Shown piece by piece: positions 12,258 through 24,929 of a stretch of 64,000 nucleotides of DNA. Source of the DNA: Octopus sinensis (Eukaryota); the NCBI RefSeq assembly GCF_006345805.1, contig NC_043002.1, positions 26,970,001-27,034,000 on the forward strand. The letters run 5' to 3'. The notes under the pieces are model-generated. The model ran no database searches, had not been told where the DNA came from, and saw only the letters and a program-made list of their open reading frames with translations. Every line of letters begins with the position of its first letter. The stretch's first letter is position 1. The translations under genes were made by a program, and so were the position numbers.

Positions 12258-15200
12258 GGATTACACCGGGGGACGTTTAAGGGATTACACCGGGGGACGT
12301 TTAAGGGATTACACCGGGGAACGTTTAAGGTGTAAGAAGGAAAATACAGAGCTCCGAAATCTATCCACAAACATCGAAAACAAGGACACCCTATGGAGCC
12401 AAAGTTTTGCTAACAAAGAATTGGACTGTATCTGAGTAAGTAATACTAATTGAAATTTATTACTATTTTCGAAACGAAATGATGTATTTTGACTCGATAT
12501 TATCTCCACCTCTAACGCAACACATGTAAACATGCGTGGAACATCACGATCATCCCCGACCTCAAACACCATGTACAAAGGAACTACGAAGAAATTAAAT
12601 GCCACCGATACTATTCAACCCAAGAATAACAATCGAGCGGTACGTACATTAAACCTACAACAAAAAATGTACGAAAAACTACACGTGCGAAATAATGTGA
12701 CAACAGAAATAAACGGACCGGTACCCTACGAAAATGACGACCGTCAAAATAATGGGCCAGACGTTGTACCTCATGTCCCGCAAATAAAACCCAAAAGACG
12801 TAAATGGACACGTGAGGAATACATTTCTATCTTACACGCATACTACACAGCAGTACTCTACCCCAAAAATGAAAATACAACAACACATACATATAAAATA
12901 TGGAAGGAAAATAATAGAGATATAGACTTGGATACAGCAATGAACCCTAATAAATTAGCTAACGTACGAAGATACATTCTCAAAGCCAAAAAAATATCAG
13001 AAATAGAAATAGAACACCTAAAAGAAAACATACACCAGGAAAATGTAGATAGAAGCCACACAACAATGCCCAATAATATAAACACTGAAACTGTAAAACA
13101 CGAAGACAAACGCAACATTCCCAACAAACACGATGTAAACAACGAAGGGGAGCCTAATGATTATGATAATATAAACAATAAAATAATCTTAGAACTGAAA
13201 ACCACAGAGCCCAAATTGGACCACCGACCATACCTCCCAAGAATAAAAATAAACGAAATAACAACACCAATTATAAACAGCATAAACCTAGCCGTCACTG
13301 AACTAGCCACTGAAACAAAAAAAAGTGATATCACTGGACTAAATGACTTGATATACACAGCAGCCACTGCAGCCACAAAAGAAGCTGGATACTCACCCAA
13401 ACCCGCCCAAACAGGAGTACCACCACCCAAACAAACCCTGTGGATAAATAACATCCAAAACAAAATTTAAAAAATTAGAAAAGACCTGTCGATTCTTAAT
13501 GAAATCAGCAAAGAATCAACGCTACTGAGCAACAAAAAGAGAACAAAAATGCTCCACAAATATAACATCACAGAAAAAGATTTGCCGGAGATAAAAGAAA
13601 AGCTGAAGCAAGATATCCTTGCCAAAGCTCAAAGGATCCGCCGGTACGAGAAACGCCAACGCTTCTTTGAACAGAACAAAAAGTTCAACACCAACCCCAA
13701 AAAGTTCTACCAAGATCTGGGAAAAAATAAAATAGAAGTCACTGCAGCACCAACGGCAGAAGAATTGGAAGAATTCTGGAGAGAAATATGGTCGGCGAAC
13801 GAACAGCCAAAAAAAAGGAGTATCAAAATAACAAACTCGGCATTTGAACAACTTTGGAGCCCCATAACAACTGAAGAGGTCACCCAGGCACTGCAAAAAC
13901 TAAGCAACTGGAAGGCACCTGGGCATGACAAGATCCCCAACTTCTGGTTGAAATATCTAACAGGAATGCACAAAAAGCTGGCTGAAAACTTTAACAGCAT
14001 ACTAGCAGAGCCAGAGACAATGCCTGAATGGCTCACGAAGGGGAAAACCATCTTAATTCCCAAATCAAATGAAACAGCAAAACCAGAAAACTACAGACCA
14101 ATAACCTGCCTCCCTACTATGTTCAAGGCATTTACAGCAGTGATATCGCAAAGGCTGAACAAGCACCTGGACGAAAACAAACTGTTCCCAGAAGAGCAGA
14201 AAGGATGCCGCAAAGGCTCATATGGCTGTAATGATCAACTAATGATTAATAAAGCCGTAACTGAAGACAGCCACAGAAAGAAGAAAGGCCTCAGTATGGC
14301 CTGGATTGACTACAAAAAGGCGTTTGATAGCATCCCCCACACATGGATCCTTGAAACACTAGCCATTAACAAAGTAGCACCAACAATCATAAAATTCATA
14401 GAGCACTCTATGAATAAATGGCAAACAGTCTTACATCTCCAAACAAAAGAGGGACTCATGAAAACCAAAGACATCCCCATCAGAAGAGGAATATTCCAGG
14501 GAGACACGCTCTCTCCACTCCTTTTCTGCTTGGCACTGTCACCTCTATCTGATATGCTAAATAGAACTGGATGCAGATATAAATGTTACGGCAAAACGAT
14601 CAGCCACCTTTTATATATGGATGACCTAAAACTATACGCTGCAAATGACAAACAGCTGGAAACACTATTAAAGACAGTTCATGGATTTACCAAAGAAATA
14701 GATATGAAATTTGGATTAGAAAAATGCGCCAAAGTAACCATGAAAAGAGGAAAACTAGTTAAGAGTAACAACATCACACTAGATAAAACCAATGAAATAA
14801 AAGAATTAGACCAAAGCCAAACTTACAAATACTTAGGAATCCATGAACTAGATAAGACACAACACACACAAATGAAAGAGAAAATAAAAAAAGAATATTA
14901 TAGACGAGTTAGATCAATACTAAAAACAGAGCTCAATGCTAAAAACAAGATAATAGGTATCAACACTTTAGCTGTCCCAGTTATAAGTTACAGCTACAAT
15001 ATCCTTAACTGGACACGAAATGAACTGTCCAAAATAGATAGGAAAACAAGAAAAATACTGACAGGATCTAGGATGCATCACCCAAAATCTGACATAGAAA
15101 GACTATATATACAACGTATAGAAGGTGGTAGAGGCCTTATACAGCTGGAAAACTACTATAAAATAACCACCATAGGACTGCAAAAATACCTACTTCAGAA

Positions 15201-16265
15201 GGAAGGAAAACTGATCCAGATAGCAGCAAAACACGAGCAAAACAAAAAACTGTTCTCAGTATTTAAGGAAGCTTATAAATACAAACAAGAAATCATACCA
15301 CCTAATAAACACAAAGAAGAAGAAGATGATGAAGAAACAACAAAAGCTATAAAACAAATGAAATCCAAACTAAAAATAGAACAGCAACGAACCATGATAA
15401 AACGATGGCAAGTAAAGCCCCTTCATGGTAAATACTACACTAAACTAAACGCAAAAGAAGTAGACAAAGAAAGAACCCAGCAATGGTTGAGAAGCTCAGG
15501 ACTCAAAGCAGAAACAGAGGGATTTTTAATTGCAGCACAAGACCAAAGCCTCCCCACCAGAAATTACCAAAAACATGTAATGAAAAGAAATATTACAAGT
15601 AACTGCAGAATATGTGGAGATGGACAAGAAACAATAAATCATATATCTCTAGCTGCCCAGTCCTGGCTAAGAAGGAATATATTCACAGACATGACAGAGT
15701 TGGAACCTACATACATTGGAAGCTATGCCAACATTATGGAATAACAACAGAAAAAAGATGGTATAGGCACACACCAGAAAGGTTACAGAAAACGAGAAAG
15801 CAACCATACTCTGGGATATGCCGATACACACAGATAGAGAAATTAAGGCCAACAGACCAGATATAGTTGTCAGAGATCATGAAGAAAAAAAATGCTTTCT
15901 AATTGATGTATCAATACCGGCAGATGACAACGTGTCTCTAAAAGAAATGGAGAAACTCTCAAAATACAAAGACCTGGAAATAGAGGTAACTAGAATGTGG
16001 AATCTGAAAACAGAAACAATTCCTATCATAGTAGGTGCATTAGGCATGATAAAAAAATATTCAGACAAATACATAACAAAAACACCAGGACTTACAAACA
16101 CATATATCATACAGAAAATTGCACTACTAGGCACTGCACACATCCTACGCAGAGCACTTTCCATACAATAACCATCAGAGCATCACAACAAATCACAGCA
16201 CATACCCAAGGCACACAGAGCTGCGCTCGGTAGTGAAGTGAAAGCACGCTATAAAAATAAAACTA

Positions 16266-16268
<3 letters not shown>
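12258..16268 (+). mobile_element. R4/Dong-like RLE non-LTR retrotransposon, copy 1, full length and near intact
   Basis: Single long coding region with Myb-like, RT, CCHC and RLE motifs, followed by a 97-nt 3' UTR running into (TAA)n. A ~480-bp (TAA)n array lies upstream. Near-identical to the copy at 19655-23617. Confidence 0.95.
12532..16171 (+). pseudogene. RT/restriction-like endonuclease polyprotein of copy 1 (~1213 aa reconstructed)
   Basis: ORFs 12532-13470 and 13549-15744 are in frame across one TAA (13468-13470), followed by 1-nt deletions near 15645 and 15780 relative to copies 2 and 3. Motifs: RRKWTREE (Myb-like), NYRPITCLPTMFK, IDYKKAFDSIPH, GIFQGDTLSPLLF, LLYMDDLKLY, CRICGDGQETINH..SSC, RHD, NRPDIVV...IDVSIP...EKLSKY. 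Confidence 0.93.
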
Positions 16269-16330
<62 letters not shown>

Positions 16331-16346
16331 TAATAATAATGATAAT

Positions 16347-16889
16347 GCCCTGATGCAGTACCAGGCAGTGGCTCTCGTGGCTTCTGATCTTAACTGATTG
16401 GAAGTGTTATCATGTACATTTTGAAGATGGGCTACAGCAAATTTTCTTCTCAATACCACACGTTTGCCTGTCAGTTGTTTGACCATAACCAGTTGAGCAT
16501 GACCGTAGTGGCTGACGATATATGCCTCTTTGATCACGAACAAAAGTAGTCGGGGAGCATTATAGCCATGTGTTGAGAGGGTTTCTTTGGGGTTTGAATA
16601 ATTCACCTCCGGAAACATGGGTGTTTTGTTCAACATCCTTAAACAACCCTTATTCAGGGACCTTTTGAACGGGATGGATTACTCGACCAGAAGAAGATTC
16701 TAACTGGGCCCCACCTGCAAGGTCATGCACTGTTTATCTTGATATGAGATCACTATGTCGCGCACATATGGTTGTGATGCATGTGCCTGGTGTACCCTTA
16801 TCACACGGGTAGTCATGGTGGGTATACTGGGCTTCGTATATTTTACCCCATACCACAAATTTGATGGCATGCACTGTTCTCTAACTCAG
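16347..16889. mobile_element. ~540-bp non-coding interspersed repeat flanked by (TAA)n on both sides
   Basis: Complex sequence with sharp boundaries between two TAA arrays and no recognisable coding motif. I recall it as a recurrent octopus repeat; this is unverified. Confidence 0.5.
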
Positions 16890-17149
16890 TAATAATAATA
16901 ATAATAACGAAAGTATGAGGATGACAAGAAGAAGAAATAGAAAAATAAGGAGCAGGGGAGAGTAAATTTGGGTTGAATGAAATGTAAAATTCTGTCAATG
17001 TATATTACAGAAGTGAAAGTTTATTGTTACCGTTTTTTACCAATTGTACAGAAAATATAATCCTAGAATGGATGACAAAGAATGAACCGTAATACTTCAG
17101 AAGGATAAAGAAAATGCAGAAGACTATAATAATGATTTAAAAGTTTGGC

Positions 17150-17300
17150 ATAAGCCGCTGGTTCGGGGTAGGGGCCGAGGCAATTTCATCGTCCTCAGTA
17201 CTCAATTGGAACTTATTTTATCGACCCCAAAAGGATGAAGGGCAAAGTCAACCTCGGCAGAATTTGAACTCAGAATGTAAAGACGGTAGAAATTCCGCTA
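17150..17300 (-). mobile_element. Short tRNA-derived SINE (second family)
   Basis: Reverse complement contains TTCTGAGTTCAAATTCTGCCGAGGTTGACTTTGCCCTTCATCCTTTTGGGGTCGATAAAATAAGT, shared with the other copies. Confidence 0.75.
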
Positions 17301-18119
17301 TACCAGTAATTATAAAACTATCCTAAGCATATTAATGTTCTTGAAAATGCCATCTAATGTCATAGAAGATGAAACTTATAACATCGGATCGTAGGAAAAC
17401 TTATGAACAGCAGCATAAAAAAAGCTGCAGAAAGAAATCAGGGAGAATTGATGATCGATTATATATAGACAGACTAGTATAATACGAAAGATGAACTGGG
17501 CTGTTTGTTAACTAAATTACAGCAAAACATTCGATAATGTACTGCACTATTGATTTCTGCGGTATCTTCCTATTGTAAAACGCACACTACCCTAAATTAA
17601 TACTGATAGGTTCTATTTACAAAGAAGAGAAGAGTTGTTTTTTTTAACACAGAATCCCCATCAGTAATACTATTTAGCACTTGAAAATCGAAGTTATGCA
17701 CAATCGCACACTACTATACTCATTTTCTCCCGAAAATCTCACTGAAATTGAGAAATTTCAAGCATAGAAAAATGACCGCAGAAATATCCGGGAAGAAAGA
17801 ACTGAAATCTAATCCATGCAACAGCCTGAGTACCTTGCATGTGAAGAACAATGGTTGTAACTAAGATACGGGAACCTAAATAAAATATAAATCTGAATCT
17901 GCGATTATATCCACTCAGAAAGGAGCTATGAAATGTATTTGATAGCGACAATGATTGGGAGGACTTTGTCAGACCACGCACGCTGGATGTGGGAAAATGA
18001 AGATAAAAGTCTTAAGTGAGACAGTAACCGAGCACAAAAAGAGAATTAATGTAGGAAAGCTTGTAGCAGTATGACGCTTTTCTACTACCTTGTCGCTGAA
18101 TTCATTAGTGAGCGTTACC

Positions 18120-19420
18120 AATGATACAATTACTAACAGATGATAGCAAATATATACTACGACAATTGCGCTCTAAACGGAACAAAGCAGCAGTCCTCTT
18201 TTTCACCAATTCAAGTAGGAGTCTCTGTTTAATGTTTCGACAAAAATTTACAACAGCGAAACAGGAAAACAAGAAAACATCGTACTCAGTAACAAAACAG
18301 GTAAAGAAATAAATAAGTGAATTCCAAATATTAAATATACCACTATTAGACGTACTGGCAACAAGCACAGAAAAAGCTAGGCGTATGAAAAGCCGAGTTA
18401 AAACTGCTGCTTTAGATATTCTTACTGATAACTGGCAAATAAAACCTCTCAATGGCAAATACCCAAAGAAAGTTAATGATGACGATGCTGACAAAAGCGC
18501 TTACACATCAATGGTTAGTATTTTCTGACTTAAAATCAGAGACAGAAGTTTTTATCATAACAGCTCTAGATCAATGCCTACCTACATGGAGCTACCAGGC
18601 CAACATATTAAAGAACGGGTATAACCCATGTCGTTTATATAAACAACGAAATGAAACCATTGATCATGTTAATTATTTACATTATTTACAATGGACTGAT
18701 GTGTCCTCAATTTGTTTGTTGATTCCGACTGATTTGCACTCCAGCCTTCAACAGGTGTCCTGGAAGAATTTCGAAGCCGACCCTAGGTTCTCGTTCCGAA
18801 GATAATTCTACCAGGATCTCCCGTGCTTGGAAATGATCATATCTCACTCCTCTGGAACTTCACCGTTCAAACTGACAGAAAGACAGATTTGAATAGGTCA
18901 GACACTATATTGAAGGACTTTAGACAAAAGTCAGGCATCCTCCTCATTGATATGACTGTCCCAATCGACATAAATGTATCTGTCAAGATCTACCAAAAAC
19001 TGAGCAAATATAAACATCATGAAATAGAAATTGGGCAAATGTGAAACCTCAAGACTAAAATAATACCTGTTGTCATAGATGCCCTAGGAATGATAGCAAA
19101 AGTGGCTGATTGCTAACTAGCTCAGACACCAGGAAACCCGAAAATGGCTGATATTCAAAAGATAGTGCTCATGTGAACTGCCCATATCATAGGTAAAATA
19201 CAGTCTATGTAATCTGAAATTTTAAAACACACTTAAAATTTTCTCATGTTTTCTTAAAAATTCTCTAGAACAATACTCTGTACAAAACTAAATATATGAC
19301 AACCTAGTCATATCACCATCATGGACATCTCTCTTGTTTTCTCTTTAGGTCTCTGGATGAGACTTAGAGTCAACTTGTAGAAACACAAAGCAAAGGTCAA
19401 ACATATAATTACAATAATAA
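18120..19420 (+). mobile_element. Older, divergent RLE (R4/Dong-like) element, 3' part, decayed
   Basis: Translations WQIKPLNGKYPKK, HQWLVFSDLKSETEVF..ALDQCLPT, CRL....ETIDHV, LLWNFTVQTDRK...NRSDTIL...LIDMTVP...KLSKYK and IPVVIDALGMI align with the C-terminus of copy 1. A 3' UTR follows, ending in AAT repeats. Confidence 0.85.
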
Positions 19421-19654
19421 TGGTATAAGCCAAGATATAGACAAATAGGCGAAGGAGGATGAAACAGAATTAAAAATATGATGATCATGATAATAATAAT
19501 AATAATGATAATAATAATGATAATAATAATAATAATAATAATAATATAATAATAATAATAATAATAATAATATAATAATAATAATATAATAATAATAATA
19601 AGAAGAAGAAGAAGAAAAGAAGAAGAAGAAGAAGAAGAAGAAGAAGAAGAAGAA

Positions 19655-22600
19655 GACACCGGGGACGTTTAAGATGTAAGAAGGAAAATACAGAGCTCCG
19701 AAATCTATCCACAAACATCGAAAACAAGGACACCCTATGGAGCCAAAGATTTACTAACAAAGAATTGGACTATATCCGAGTAAGTAATACGAATTGAAAT
19801 TTATTACTATTTTCGAAACAAAATGATGTATTTTGAGTCGATATTATCTCCACCTCTAACACAACACATGTAAAGATGCGTGGAACATCACGATCATCCC
19901 CGACCTCAAACACCATGTACAAAGGAACTACGAAGAAATTAAATGCCACTGATACTATTCAACCCAAGAATAACAATCGAGCGGTACGTACATTAAACCT
20001 ACAACAAAAAATGTACGAAAAACTACACGTGCGAAATAATGTGACAACAGAAATAAACGGACCGGTACCCTACGAAAATGACGACCGTCAAAATAATGGG
20101 CCGGACGTTGTACCTCGTGTCCCGCAATTAAAACCCAAAAGACGTAAATGGACACGTGAGGAATACATTTCTATCTTACACGCATACTTCACAGCAATGC
20201 TCTACCCACAAAATGAAAATACAACAACACATACATATAAAATATGGAAGGAAAATAATAGAGATATAGACTTGGATACAGCAATGAACCCTAATAAATT
20301 AGCTAACGTACGAAGATACATTCTCAAAGCCAAAAAAATATCAGAAATAGAAATAGAAATAGAACATTTAAAAGAAAAAATACACCAAGAAAACGTAGAT
20401 AGAAGCCACACAACAATGCCCAATAATATAAACACTGAAACTGTAAAACACGAAGACAAACGCAACATTCCCAACAAACACGATGTAAACAACGAAGGGG
20501 AGCCTAATGATTATGATAATATAAAAAAAAAATAATCAAAGAACTAAAAACCACAGAGCTCAAAATGGACCACCGACCATACCTTCCAAGAATAAAAATA
20601 AACGCAATAACAACACCAATTATAAACAACATAAACCTAGCCGTCACTGAACTCGCCACTGAAACAAAAAAAAGTGATATCACTGGACTAAATGACTTGA
20701 TATACACAGCAGCCACTGCAGCCACAAAAGAAGCTGGATACTCACCCAAACCCGCCCAAACAGGAGTACCACCACCCAAACAAACCCTGTGGATAAATAA
20801 CATCCAAAACAAGATAAAAAAAATTAGAAAAGACCTGTCGATTCTTAATGAAATCAGCAAACAAGCAACGCTACTGAGCAACAAAAAGAGAACAAAAATG
20901 CTCCGCAAATATAACATCACAGAAAAAGATTTGCCGGAGATAAAAGAAAAGCTGAAGCAAGATATCCTTGCCAAAGCTCAAAGGATCCGCCGGTACGAGA
21001 AACGCCAACGCTTCTTTGAACAGAACAAAAAGTTCAACTCCGACCCCAAAAAGTTCTACCAAGAACTGGGCAAAAATAAAATAGAAGTCACTGCAGCACC
21101 AACGGCAGAAGAATTGGAAGAATTCTGGAAAGAAATATGGTCGGCGAACGAACAGCCAAAAAAAAGGAGTATGAAAATAACAAACTCGGCATCTGAACAA
21201 CTTTGGACCCCCATAACAACTGAAGAGGTCACCCAGGCACTGCAAAAACTAAGCAACTGGAAGGCACCTGGGCATGACAAGATCCCCAACTTCTGGTTGA
21301 AATATCTAACAGGAATGCACAAAAAGCTGGCTGAAAACTTTAACAGCATACTAGCAGAGCCAGAGACAATGCCTGAATGGCTCACGAAGGGGAAAACCAT
21401 CTTAATTCCCAAATCAATTGAAACAACAAAACCAGAAAACTACAGACCAATAACCTGCCTCCCTACTATGTTCAAGGCATTTACTGCAGTGATAACGCAA
21501 AGGCTGAACAAGCACCTGGACGAAAACAAACTGTTCCCAGAAGAGCAGAAAGGATGCCGCAAGGGCTCATATGGCTGTAAAGATCAACTAATGATTAATA
21601 AAGCCGTAACTGAAGACAGCCACGGAAAGAAGAAAGGCCTCAGTATGGCCTGGATTGACTACAAAAAGGCGTTTGATAGCATCCCCCACACATGGATCCT
21701 CGAAACACTAGCCATTAACAAAGTAGCACCAACAATCATAAAATTCATAGAGCACTCTATGAATAAATGGAAAACAGTCCTACACCTCCAAACAAAAGAG
21801 GGACTCATGAAAACCAAAGACATCCCCATTAGAAGAGGAATATTCAGGGAGATACGCTCTCTCCACTCCTTTTCTGCTTGGCACTGTCACCTCTATCTGA
21901 TATGCTAAATAGAACTGGATGCAGATATAAATGTTACGGCCAAACGATCAGCCACCTTTATATATGGATGACCTAAAACTATACGCTGCAAATGACAAAC
22001 AGCTGGAAACACTATTAAAGACAGTTCATGGATTTACCAAAGAAATAGATATGAAATTTGGATTAGAAAAATGCGCCAAAGTAACCATGAAAAGAGGAAA
22101 ACTAGTTAAAAGTAGCAACATCACACTAGATAAAACCAATGGAATAAAAGAATTAGACCAAAGCCAAACTTACAAATACTTAGGAATCCATGAACTAGAT
22201 AAGACACAACACACACAAATGAAAGAGAAAATAAAAAAAGAATATTATAGACGAGTTAGATCAATACTAAAAACAGAGCTCAATGCTAAAAACAAGATAA
22301 TAGGTATCAACACGTTAGCCTTCCCAGTTATAAGTTACAGCTACAATATCCTTAACTGGACACGAAATGAACTGTCCAAAATAGATAGGAAAACAAGAAA
22401 AATACTGACAGGATCTAGGATGCATCACCCAAAATCTGACATAGAAAGACTATATATACAACGTATAGAAGGTGGTAGAGGCCTTATACAGCTGGAAAAC
22501 TACTATAAAATAACCACCATAGGACTGCAAAAATACCTACTTCAGAAGGAAGGAAAACTGATCCAGATAGCAGCAAAACACGAGCAAAACAAAAAACTGT

Positions 22601-23617
22601 TCTCAGTATTTAAGGAAGCTGACAAATACAAACAAGAAATCATACCACCTAATAAACACAAAGAAGAAGAAGATGATGAGGAAACAACAAAAGCTATAAA
22701 ACAAATGAAATCCAAACTAAAGATAGAACAGCAACGAGCCATGATAAAACGATTGCAAGAAAAACCCCTTCATGGTAAATACTGCACTAAACTAAACGCA
22801 AAAGAAATAGACAAAGAAAAATCCCAGCAATGGTTGAGAAGCTCAGGACTCAAAGCAGAAACAGAGGGATTTTTAATTGCAGCACAAGACCAAAGCCTCC
22901 CCACCAGAAATTACTAAAAACATGTAATGAAAAGAAATATTACAAGTAACTGCAGAATATGTGGAGATGGACAAGAAACAATAAATTATATTATCTCTAG
23001 CTGCCCAGTCCTGGCTAAGAAGGAATATATTCACAGACATGACAGAGTTGGAACCTACATACATTGGAAGCTATGCCAACATTATGGAATAACAACGGAA
23101 AAAAGATGGTATAGGCACACACCAGAAAAGGTCACAGAAAACGAGAAAGCAACCATACTCTGGGATATGCCGATACACACAGATAGAGAAATTAAGGCCA
23201 ACAGACCAGATATAGTTGTCAGAGATCATGAAGAAAAAAAATGCTTTCTAATTGATGTATCAATACCGGCAGATGACAACGTGTCTCTAAAAGAAATGGA
23301 GAAACTCTCAAAATACAAAGACCTGGAAATAGAGGTAACTAGAATGTGGAACCTGAAAACAGAAACAATTCCTATCATAGTAGGTGCATTAGGCATGATA
23401 AGAAAATATTCAGAGAAATACATAACAAAAACACCAGGACTTACAAACACATATAACATACAGAAAATTGCACTACTAGGCACTGCACACATCCTACGCA
23501 GAACACTTTCCATACAATAACCATCAGAGCATCACAACAAATCACAGCACATACCCAAGGCACACAGAGCTGCGCTCGGTAGTGAAGTGAAAGCACGCTA
23601 TAAAAATAAAACTACTG
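19655..23617 (+). mobile_element. R4/Dong-like element, copy 2, full length, disrupted ORF
   Basis: Collinear with copy 1 from the 5' motif ACACCGGGGACGTTTAAG to the identical 3' UTR. ORF pieces are 19876-20535, 20565-21908, 21931-22917 and 22927-23520, with frameshifts near 20530, 21850 and 21960 and a CAA>TAA stop at 22915-22917. Confidence 0.95.
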
Positions 23618-23641
23618 AATAATATAATAATAATAATAATA

Positions 23642-23687
<46 letters not shown>

Positions 23688-23689
23688 CA

Positions 23690-24247
23690 TGAAGAAGAAG
23701 AAGAAGAAGATGAAGAACAAAACAAAAGCTATAAAACAATGAAATCCAAACTAAAAATAGAACAGCAACGAACCATGATAAAACGATGGCAAGAAAAGCC
23801 CCTTCATGGTAAATACTGCACTAAACTAAACGCAAAAGAAATAGACAAAGAAAAATCCCAGCAATGGTTGAGAAGCTCAGGACTCAAAGCAGAAACAGAG
23901 GGATTTTTAATTGCAGCACAAGACCAAAGCCTCCCCACCAGAAATTACCAAAAACATGCAATGAAAAGAAATATTACAAGTAACTGCAGAATACGTGTAG
24001 ATGGACAAGAAACAATAAATCATATTATCTCTAGCTGCCCAGTCCTGGCTAAGATGGAATATATTCACAGACATGACAGAGTTGGAACCTACATACATTG
24101 GAAGCTATGCCAACATTATGGAATAACAACAGAAAAATGATGGTATAGGCACACACCAGAAAAGGTCACAGAAAACGAGAAAGCAACCATACTCTGGGAT
24201 ATGCCGATACACACAGATAGAGAATAATAATAATAATAATAATAATA

Positions 24248-24291
<44 letters not shown>

Positions 24292-24546
24292 CCCATTACT
24301 TAAGATAGAACAGCGCTATTTAGTTACACTGGAAAAAATATTCAGACAAATACATAACAAAAACACCAGGACTTACAAACACATATAACATACAGAAAAT
24401 TGCACTACTAGGCACTGCACACATCCTACGCAGAACACTTTCCATACAATAACCATCAGAGCATCACAACAAATCACAGCACATACCCAAGGCACACAGA
24501 GCTGCGCTCGGTAGTGAAGTGAAAGCACGCTATAAAAATAAAACTA

Positions 24547-24549
<3 letters not shown>
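23690..24549 (+). mobile_element. R4/Dong-like element, copy 3, 5'-truncated with an internal deletion and filler
   Basis: 23690-24224 matches copy 1 at ~15310-15841 (ORF 23739-24140). About 210 bp are then replaced by (TAA)n plus a 51-bp foreign segment. 24333-24549 matches the ORF end and 3' UTR. Confidence 0.9.
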
Positions 24550-24620
<71 letters not shown>

Positions 24621-24929
24621 TAATGATGATTATAATGGTCACTTCCTGATAAGTGTTTGAAAGAAAGGATTAAAAATAACAGAAGCTTCATCTATTTGCC
24701 ATGGATACGTTAATGTAATTTGTGTCCAGGTATGAATTTTGTTATGAAGATAAAATGGGGTCAATAATGATCTTGATTTTGTCCGGAATTGGACAAATGT
24801 GTCTGCTGATTGCAGGATATAAATATTTAATTTTTCTGTTTCTTCAATTGCAATTGCTTTGATGCGTCATGACACATTTTGAGCCATCCAGGTCGTTCTT
24901 TCAGAGCTTCACAATTAAGGAAGATGCGG

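Noticed and set aside
12258-12329. Three direct repeats as a CRISPR-like array
   Set aside because: The units are contiguous with no spacers, the context is eukaryotic, and there are no cas genes.
12258-12450. Possible HDV-like ribozyme at the 5' end of the Dong-like element
   Set aside because: Hairpins TTACACC/GGTGTAA and GCTCC/GGAGC and a GCTAA motif exist, but I could not build the P1-P1.1-P2-P3 double pseudoknot. A descriptor search is needed.
18671-18822. ~150 bp of unrelated sequence replacing the RHD region in the old RLE remnant
   Set aside because: I could not identify a source on either strand within the window. It may be an ordinary old insertion or deletion.
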